Of a stretch of DNA of 64,000 nt, positions 50,714 to 60,097 are shown in pieces (the stretch's first letter is position 1; every line of letters begins with the position of its first letter). The stretch comes from Euglena gracilis. Its lineage: Eukaryota. The translations under genes and the position numbers were made by a program. The notes under the pieces are model-generated. The model saw only the letters and a list, made by a program, of their open reading frames with translations, was not told the origin of the DNA and ran no database searches. Where the stretch lies: contig CP154954.1 in the NCBI GenBank assembly GCA_039621445.1, positions 16,200,140 through 16,264,139 on the forward strand, read 5' to 3'.

Positions 50714-53700
50714 ATGGCCGACCCTGTTGCTGTCCCCCCAGAGGGGGAGGCTGCCGTCCCCGGGCAGGCGGAGTCCGGGACCGAGGCGGCGGAGGCTGGA
50801 GCGGAGCCCGCCCCAGCCAAGGCCGCTGCAGCGCAGGAGCCGAAGCCCGCCGCCAAGCCGGGGTGGATCCGCCCCCGCGGTACCTCCCGCAACCTGCCCA
50901 TCGCGGAGGTGTACAAGGAGGAGGTGAAGCAGTGGGTGCTGTCGACGGGGACAAAGCTGCTGCTGGACGTGCTGCACGTGGACTACAACCAGTCCGAGGG
51001 GCAGACGAGGCCCCTGGACAACACGGAGGTGGAGCGGAAGCTGCGGCAGCTGCAGCTGAACCCCCCGCTGGAGATGGTGCAGGTCACCGTGTGGAAGAAG
51101 GCCGGTGTGTCTATCAGTGTGATTGCGTCATACGTGGGTGTTTGCGGTTGTGGTGGTTTGTCTGGAATGAGTTTGCCTCTGGAAACTCTGTTGGTGTGCA
51201 GGGTTCAGCATTGGAGTGCGTGCATTGCTTTGGAAGTCGGATTTGATTTGCGCATTTGCGCGCACAAGCACACAATCCCTTTTTACTGGCGCATTTGCGC
51301 GCACGTCCATGCATAATGTGTTTATTTGTGCATTTGCGCGCACATACGCATACAGTTTGTTTATTTGCGCAATTGCGAGCACATCCCTTCATTGTCCCCA
51401 CAGAGAACCACTACGTGCTGATGTCGGGGCAGCACATCACCTCGGCGCTGAAGCGCTGGTCCGAGGGCTTCAGGTCCCAGAAGCTGAACCCTCCGAAGGG
51501 TTCAGCCCTGTATTTGTTTGTGTGTTTTTTGTTTTGCCCCTCTCATGCAGCCCCTCTCGTGCAGCCCCTCTCGTGCAGCCCCTCCTGTGTCTGAAAGACA
51601 TAGGTTCAAATGCAGGGCTGTGGCCAGGGCAAGTACGACCTCACCACCATCCTCCACCCCATGACCCCGGTGCACCTGCGGCGGGCTGCCGGCGGGTACG
51701 CGCAGGCCATCCAGTTGGCAGTGAAGGAGCTGTCCATCCCCCAGTTCGCCAACGTCCTGGTGAAGGGGAAAGACATCTCCACGGTGCCGGCGGTGCGGCT
51801 GGCGGGTGCGGCAGGCCGGCTGGGACTAGGTGTGAGCCCACTGCCAGTCTGCCGATGCATTGAATGACAGTGTCCTGTTTTATTTGCGCAATTGCACGCA
51901 TCAAAAGTGGATTCATGCATAGTGCATTCTGCCTGTGATGAATGGACGGTGTGTTTACGTGTCCTTTGTTATTGCCTCAGGGTGAGGTCATCAAGATGTG
52001 GGGGCCGCTGCAGCGGCTGGTGGAGGAGACCCCCGAGGCGGTGGCAGGCCTCCTGAGCATGGAGTCGGCGCTGGCGGCGAAGGGCCGCACGCTGCTGTCC
52101 TCCCACATGCGGTCCCTCAGGCGCCTGCTGACCCCCGAGGCGCGGGCCCAGGTGGCGGCAGCACTGCAGAGCCCGGGGATCGGGCTGGCCCAGCTGGAGC
52201 AGGTGGTGACGGAGGCCACCCACGAGATGTGGGTGGCCTTTGCGTGGAGGAGCGACAACCAGATGATCCACGGCCAGATCGGTATGCCATTGCTCTGGGG
52301 TCTGGGGTGCAATTGTGTTGTTGGATATGAGAACAGACAGGCACGCACGCACGGTGGATTGCATGCTGTTCTGTTGTAACTGTAGTCACACTCCCTCGCT
52401 GCTCCCTCACAGTGCACAACGCGGCGGAGAGGAGCCGCTTCAAGCGGACGGTGCCCGTCGCCGCCCTGCAAGTGGCACGGCTGGGGTCGTGGACCTGGAG
52501 CCCGGTGGAGCCGAGGCCCCCCCTGGCGGCGGTGCTGACCGCCCCCTTCTGGGTGGAGGCGCAGTTCGAGGAGCTGCGGGCCTCCTTCACCCTGCCGGCT
52601 GTGGAGTCGGAGATCGTGTCCAAGGAGGGCGGGGCCCTCCAGGAGGTGGTGGCGGCCAGGCCAGCCGGGGAGGAGAAAGGGGTGAAGTGCCTGGTCTACA
52701 AGGCCAGCGGAGAGGGGGTACCGGCGGAGGCGCTGGGGGCCGCAGTGGGCCTCGTCATCGTTGAGGTCACCCACAACACCGGCTCAGGGTTCTGTTATAA
52801 TTGATTCTTCTTTTTTTTAAAGTGTTCCTGTTTTATTTGCGCATTTGCGCGCACCAAAAATAAAAATGATGGTTCTGATTAGCACCTTCAGTTGCACACA
52901 ATTCCGGCCTTTATTTTCAAATTTTTTTTATGCGCGCATTTGCGCAAAAATTATTGTGCACGCACTTGCGCAAATGAAATGACCATGGTTAAAAGAAATA
53001 CGCTATCTGAAACAAAATTCTGCCTCCTCCTGGCCGAGCAGGTCAAGTGCCTGGCCGGCGTCGTGCCGGTCGTCATCTACGGCGCTGCCGGGGCGGTGGC
53101 CGCTGTGGAGACGGCGGTGCGGCGGCTGGCGCCGGGGCGGGAGACGGCCATGGTGGACTGCAACAGGGGGGCTGTGACAGGGGCCAGGGGGTGGCCCGCA
53201 AGTTTGAGAAGAAGGCCCTGGTGGTCGTGTTCGGCCCCGGCGACGTGGAGCGGGGCAAGGTACGCACCCTGGATGACTCAGTGTGCAGATTGGCATTTTA
53301 TGTTTTACATATTGGGTGCCGGAAGGTCACCAGTGCCAAGCTGTCTGCTTTTAGTGAAAGGTCCCCTTTTTATTTGCACAATTGCGCCCACCTTCAGTAC
53401 AAAAAAGCTTGATTCTTTCTATGTTTGTCTGGCTCCCCTTGCTGCCGAAGCTGGAGTGGGACGTGGAGTCCAGCTGCGGGGCGGGGCTGCACTGCCTCTG
53501 CGTGGAGTGGCTGTGGCGGAGGGTGGTGCGGCGGATGGGGGCGGCCAACGCCATGGTGATCCAGACCGCCGACGCGGCTGTGGCGGCCCGGGTGGCGGCC
53601 TGGGCGGCCAAGCCCCCCAAGGTGCTGGTGGTGGCGGAGGACTCCGCCAGCAGCCTGGAGGACGTCACCCAGACCGTGGGCAACACGGTGACGCTGCCCC

Positions 53701-54740
53701 GGCCCGTCACCTCCGCCATGCTGCCGCTGCTGCTGGCCGCCCTGGAAGGGGGGGACCCCCTGTGGGTCCCTCTGGAGAATGCCACCCTCCAGGACAAGCT
53801 CCGCCTGGCGGCTGAGGAGACGGCGCGGAGGGCGAAGGAGTCTGAGAAGCGGCGCCGCCAGACCAAGCTGCGGCAGGAGGAGCGCCGCCTGCAGAAGCTG
53901 GAGCAGCACCAGAAGGAGGGGGGTGACCGGAAGAAGAAGCGGCGAAAGAAGGAGGCGGAGAAGAAGCCCAGCTGGCCCCGTCCCCCAAGGCCCGACGGGA
54001 GGAGGCCGAGGCGGTGGACAGCCCGGAGGAGGGCAGTGACGTGGAGATGACCCCGGCCGGCAGCCAGGCTGAGGAGGCCAGCCCCGTCATCGTGCTGCCG
54101 CCGACGGGCCAGCCCAGCCGGCACCCAGAGGCGGAGGACAGCAGCAGCGACACCTCTGACACCTCCTCGCCGGTCGCCAGCGAAGCTCCCGCAGTTCCAG
54201 CAGGGGAGGCAGAAGAGGAAGAGGAGGAGGACACCATCGAGGAGATCACCCCCGGGTACAGGAAGCCAGAGCCCCAGAAGGGGAAGGAGAAGAAGGGGGA
54301 GGAGAAGAAGGGGGAGGGGAAGGGGAAGGGCAAGGGCAAAGGCAAGGAGGACACCCGGTGGAAGGCGGCCGGGCTGATCCGTCCACCCGGACCCGGTGAA
54401 GCCCTCAAGGGCCCGAAATCCTGGCACCTCCTGGACCCCAAGAAATACCCGGGGATGAAGCCGGTGATCGAGGGGGCCAAAGCCAGGGTGGCGTCGGAGG
54501 CAGCAGCGGCGGCGGAGGCAGCAGCGTCGCAGGCAGCGGCGGCCGCAGCACCAGCGCCGGAGGAGGCGGAGTTTCGGCGAGGAGGAGTCCGAAGAGGAGG
54601 AGGCCCCGCCACCGCCACCGCCACGCACCGCCCCGGCTGTGGCGCCCAGGAGCACCGTCCTCCGCGGGCTGCCGAAGCCTGGCGGCAAGCCGGTGGCCGC
54701 CTCGGAGAGCCTCGCCAAGCGGCTCTCCAAGCACAAGAAG
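50714..54740 (+). CDS. Multi-exon gene: N-terminal ParB/Srx-like domain, probable degenerate DNA-methyltransferase-like domain, coiled coil and acidic/Lys-rich tail; several apparent frameshifts
   Basis: CAG then ACCATGG start at 50714. GC-rich exons at about 50714-51104, 51404-51499, 51616-51831, 51981-52281, 52413-~52770, 53042-53259 and 53451-~54740, mostly with GT..AG introns. Spliced exons 1-2 give GQTRPLDNTEVERKLRQLQLNPPLEMVQVTVWKKAENHYVLMSGQHITSALK, a ParB N-terminal pattern. Frame slips occur near 51500/51616, 53190, 53975 and 54570. Confidence 0.7.
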
Positions 54741-56137
54741 TGAGACTGGCTGTGGGCCTGTCTCCTAATTTTTTTTACGTTCTCTTCCCCTCTGCATTCT
54801 GTTTCCACCATTTCTTTTTTTTTGTAAACACTTTTGATGCGCGCATTTGCGCAAATGTTTCTGTCACAAGTGTTTCACCCTCTCAGTCCCCTCTCGGCTA
54901 TGGTATGTCCCCTCTCAGAATTATTTGTTTTAAATAAAAAAAATTCCTGTTGATGTTGATGTACGCAATTGCGCAAGGAAAACACACACTTTGTTGTTTT
55001 GTGGTTTGAATGCCGGCCGGAGACGGTGCCCCACTGCCGTGGTGTCTGTGTACACCGCCCCGCTGACCACCCCCGGCCTACGTCATCCCCATGCCCTCTA
55101 CCCTGCCGGGGGGTGGACTTGTGTTTTTTTGGGGGAGGTTGATGTGACCCCTCTCGTGGCTGCAGCCCCCTCTCGTGCCGTGCTGTCCCTCTCACCCGTG
55201 TCATAAATACACAAAAGAAAAAACCCCTTAGTACCACCCCCCACTCACAACCAGCGCGGGCGGAGTGCGGGGCGGCCCCTCCTCCTGTTCAGCCAGGCGC
55301 CCGGGCGACAAGCGTATCACCGCCCGCCGGGGGTTTGTTTGTCTAGTTTCTTTTTTTTCTGTGTGGTCTGCTCATCCCCATCTCTTTCAACCATCTGGTT
55401 CTTCCACCGGCACCCCTCTCACACACTGGCACGCACACCATCGTACGTTTTATTTGCGCAATTGCGCGCATCAACATCAATCGTCTGTTTTGGTGCCTCA
55501 CAAAAACACCAAGGTCAAAGTCCTGGGTTGCACGCACACAAGCCAATATGTATTGTAAACCAAGCCCCCACTGACAACTGCGGGTGTCTGACCCCACCGC
55601 CCTGCCTGCCGCACATCACCCCTGCACACCCTCTGCACCATCACACCTCTGCACCCTGGACCCCTCCTCCCTCTACCCCCTGAACACCATACCCATCAAC
55701 CCGCACCCCTTCCAAAGCCCTGTCACCCTTTCCCCTGCTTTCCTTACCAATCAAAAATTACCAAGTCCCAAGGGTCAAAGTACACACACACACACTCCGA
55801 GGCACCGGGAGGGAACACACTGCCGGCGAGACTGCTTCCCCAAAAAAGGCTCCGCACACTCACAGGGGCGGGCAGGGTCCCGGTCCCCGGGTGTTTTTTT
55901 TTCACTTTTTTCAGTGTGAGCGGGCAGGTTCCCGGGGGTTTGGCCCCCAAATTTTTTTTGGACACCTCTTAAAATCACATTTTCAGCCAAAGTCCCAGGG
56001 GTCACTCCGCCAAAACCAAAAAAAATTGTTTCGTTTTTGCCCTTGCTCGCCGGCGTGTCTCCTCGCCCCACGGACCTTCACTGCCGGAATCAAAAAACTC
56101 GGGGATTTGCGCAAGTGCGCAAATAAAAAGTTAAAAG

Positions 56138-56163
56138 CTTAAGTGCAAATTAGGCCGCCTAAG
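56138..56163 (-). repeat. Right TIR of the large transposon
   Basis: CTTAAGTGCAAATTAGGCCGCCTAAG, inverted match (23/26) to 45489-45514. Confidence 0.85.
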
Positions 56164-59100
56164 AGGGGGGGTCCCTGGGCCCACTTTGCAATGCACAAAA
56201 CCACTACTTAAAACCCTACCCCATCCAAAAGGGCGATGGGCGAAACCTGCCAACCAGCACAAACAAAACTTCAAAAGATCAGGACCAACAAAGACAAATG
56301 TCAAGAAATATTTATATTACGTTGCATAACAAAAACGCACTCCATTTTAAATTTGGGTTCACCCGCCGTTGCCAGATTTTGATTGTGCTGAGCACGTTGT
56401 GTCCAAAAGCAACATGCCCGGTCGTCGGCCCAGCTGCACATCGACCTGGCCTGACCCGGCCAATCTGGTGTGTCAGGCCCGGCGACCGGGCAGCCCGGCC
56501 CAGCCCCGGAGGGGGGGAGTTGCGAGGGAAGACATTTCTTTTGATTCCCCACCATTTTTGAGCAATTTTGGAAAAATTGTCGACCCAAAAGGAGTCGAAA
56601 GCCGGCAGCACAGTTTTGGAGTTCCGAGTGGGGAAATCAAATACCGCTAGATAAGGCATTTTCAGGCTTCAAGAGCTCCTGGACTTTTTGTTTGATTTTG
56701 AGGCATTTTCGAGATATTTTGTGATTTTTGGACCAAAAACAGCCCAACATTGGTCGAAAAATGGTCATATCTCGAACCAGGTGGGGCGTAACGGGAAGAT
56801 AGGGAGTTCTCAGGGTTTCATTTGATACTTTAAACATTTTCTTTCATTTTGCTTTATTTTCAGAATATTTTGAACATTGTGTTTTTTTTGCCCATTTTGG
56901 CCAAAAACGGGCCAAAAAGGCCAAAAAAAAAACATGTCAAAAAACGGGGGCGTAACTTTGGCCAGCGGTGGGGTTACTGGGAAAGTCAGGTACCACTAGA
57001 TAGGGCGTTGCTCATGGCTTGAGTTCTCCCATGGAGTCCTTTTGACAACTTGGCTACCCTGGGGAGTTATTTCTGGATCATTGGGATTACTTTAAGGGCT
57101 CCCGTGACCATGTGGGAGGCTTCCCTAAAAGACAACTCCCTGGGGAGGGAGGCAGTTCATACTGGGAAACGGGGGTTCTAATTATGTAGCCCAAGAGGCG
57201 GGGTGTCGGGGGGGGGGGGAGGTTCCCCTGGAAAGCTTCGATGTTACTCATAAAGGGACAAGAGCTCAGCGACCCCTAACCCTATCTGAACCCCAAGATT
57301 GACACACTGGAAAGCCAAACCCCCAAACATGTTCAAGAAAGTGTTCGTCTCTCTGTTATAAGGGGGGCAGTTCTCCAAGGATAACCACCTTGATAGCTCA
57401 GACAATAGAACCTGGTCGGTTGCAATGTAATACCCAGTGAAAACCTGGTGGGAATCCCTTGAAGAGCACAAAAAGCCCAAGAGGCCAAAAAATGATGCCA
57501 AGAAAAAAATGGGGGGAAATATTTATTTGTGAACAGCTGCAAACCAAGTGACCAGAAAGAGATCAAATGCCCGGAGAATAATGAGGAACAGCGACAAGAC
57601 ACTTGGGACCTTGCACCAAGGAAGCAGAAACTCGGCGGTCAAGGCTGCGCTGATGGAACTGGGATGAGGTCGACTTAGACCCGCGGCACTTTCTTCAAAT
57701 ATTTTTTTAGCACTGTGGACCGGAGCATTTTAATGTTGTCGAATAAAAAAATGCAATTCTCGAAGTCTCCTGGTTTTTTTCAAAAAAGCGCATTTGAATT
57801 TCATTCTAGGTACCAAAAAACTTAAATGCAACATCGACAAACTCGCCTAAAGCGCATTTGCCAACCCTCCAAATGTCGAACGGCAAGCCTTTCCAAAAAG
57901 GGTCAGCCACAAAACAGGGCAGGCAGTTGGGGCTGTGCCTGCAGGACAATTTAACTGGCTGCTCGGCAAGCAGCAAGCAGCAAGCAGGAACAAATGGCAC
58001 GCCATCACTGACTGTTCACCAACAACAAAGACCACAGTCAAAGAAGGAGGTCACTGAATGGTGGAACCATGACTGCCCAGCAACGATGGAAGGAGTTGTA
58101 AGCTTTCACAACGGGCTAGATTTGCTTCCAACAATGCGAAACCATAATGGACGGGGTTTAGAGTCCCATCCACAAACATGTATTGAAAAATAAACTACCA
58201 AAACAGAAATTGTTTATTGCATTGTACAGTGGAATGTTCCTGAAATTTTAAACATGAAAACTTACTGGGCGCTTGGGTCCGCTCCTTCTTACGTGCAAAC
58301 TTGGCCCCCCTAAAGTTGGTCTTCAGCCTTAACTTGCAATTTGGCCCCCCATTAATGCTTTGGTCCTCTTTTGCACATGGCTCACTGAAATCCTTAACAT
58401 GCAAACTTGGCTCCTGAGGTTGGCCCCCCGGCCTTGCCTTCAGTCGTGGCCCGGGCCAAGCGCCTGGGGGGGGGGGACACTCTTAGTTAGTTACGCTCTT
58501 GAGAATTCACCGACACCTCACAAAAGTCAGTATTAATCTAATCCACTTCTTTCAGACACCTGGCGACCCACATAGTGAAAATGTGCGGCAACCAATAGAC
58601 GAGCCTGGTCCAAGCATTCCAGAGTTGCAAGCACGGATCAGGGATATATGAGAAGCCCCGAGAAGGGTGGGACCGACCAATGAAAATTTGAACTCTGAAT
58701 TATCTTCGCAAAAAAACTGTCACAGCTTTTCTTTCGAGAAACTGTCATATTATCTTCAGAGGGGGGAAAACCTCCAAATTCCCCGTCACAAAAAAAAATC
58801 GAATTTGTTTCATCAAAATTACACAACCTCTTTTTTAATCCATGTTCTTATAACACTCATTCCATTAATTTTCATCCCGGATGGATCAAGAAAAATTCAG
58901 AAACAATATAAAAAACCAAAATGCAGACAAATCAAAACTTTCGCACACAAAAAAAAATACGTTGGGGCAATATAATTTGGAGAAAATAAAAAAAGGGAAA
59001 CACATTGGGAAACATAAAAGATATTTATAGACAAAATTTCCAACATCTCCCACATTACCTTGCCCCATAAACAAATGACCGATAACTTTTCAAAACTTGC

Positions 59101-59995
59101 AAATAAATGTATAGAAGAAATTATATTTCATTCTGGCTCCTTTTTCTCCCTTTTGCTGTTTAAAAACGTTGAAAATAAAAGCTTCCTGAATTATTAGAGA
59201 TGCATTTGATTTCGAGGGAAATATTTCATTTTTTTTCACATCTGGGAGAAAAACTTAATAAACTGCGATTGAGGTACATAATTTTAGACAACTTAACTTA
59301 ACATTTGATTCCAAAAGTGGTTTGTGTGGCAAAAAGCATAATTTTGCAATTATATCGTTTTGTGCAAATTAACTATTTTCATTATCAATTCTCTTCTCTG
59401 ATTTTATAAGCATATTTAGGCCTTTAAATGTAAAAAATACATGCTGAAAAAAAAGGAAATTTTTTTTTTTGAAAAACATCCTCCATATTCAATTATTGGC
59501 AGGGAAAAAAAATTCTCTGACAGCTTAAAAAAAATACCCCCGCCCCCCCCCCCTAATTTCGGGCCGACGACCCGATTTTGAAAATGTAGGTAAATAAATA
59601 ACCATCTTTGACAATAAATTACACAAAAAAATTATTCATTACAAAAAGATTTTTCTGGATCATCTGGCGTCCAAAAATGCTAAATTTCATGAGAAAATAA
59701 AATAAATGACCAAAAAGGGGGGGTTGGGTGCTATTTTGGGTCCTATGTGACTTCGAAAAACTTCGAAAATTCTGGGGAGCTATTACCCCCCCCAAATAAT
59801 ACCCACCCCTCGTGCGGGACTTCGGGCGAAAAAAATAATAACCCGGGGGGGAGATATTATTTGGGGGGGTTACACCAGGGTGCATCCACCTCCCCCATTT
59901 CTGGTGTGCTGTGACAGACTGCCTGTCATGTGGTCTGGGAGCAGTCCGGGCCACCCAAGTCAGGGGGGGGGGGGGCTGACCTTGGGGGGATGGCC

Positions 59996-60097
59996 CTATG
60001 GCCTGGGGGCGGTCCGGGCCGCTTCGGAGCCGCGCAGCTGCAGCCACAGGTCAGACTTGCTGGGGAGCTGCTGCATGAGGCTGAACGGCGCGGCCAT
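59996..60097 (-). CDS. Same exon, copy 4, followed by a stop/insertion and a duplicated ARTAPRPHD tail
   Basis: MAAPFSLMQQLPSKSDLWLQLRGSEAARTAPRP* in ORF 59996-60259; the tail is repeated at about 59925-59952. Confidence 0.6.
   Translation of the reverse strand: MAAPFSLMQQLPSKSDLWLQLRGSEAARTAPRP

Larger units (their letters stand above)
45491..56161 (+). mobile_element. ~10.7 kb TIR DNA transposon, Academ-like, encoding a DDE transposase plus a ParB-like/methyltransferase-like protein
   Basis: TIRs 45489-45514 and 56138-56163 match at 23/26. Two co-oriented multi-exon genes lie inside, and the TTTGCGCAAAT motif is confined to this interval and its mirror copy. No clear TSD unless the ends are read as GGC..GCC with a TA duplication in a CTTAAG site. 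Confidence 0.8.

Noticed and set aside
51240-51385. Repeated palindromic motif with short spacers, superficially CRISPR-like
   Set aside because: The repeats are degenerate, irregularly spaced and intronic, and no cas genes are present.
53351-54811. 486-aa minus-strand ORF and similar overlapping ORFs at 6928-8004, 46301-47377 and 47828-48703
   Set aside because: Shadow frames of GC3-rich exons on the other strand or frame.
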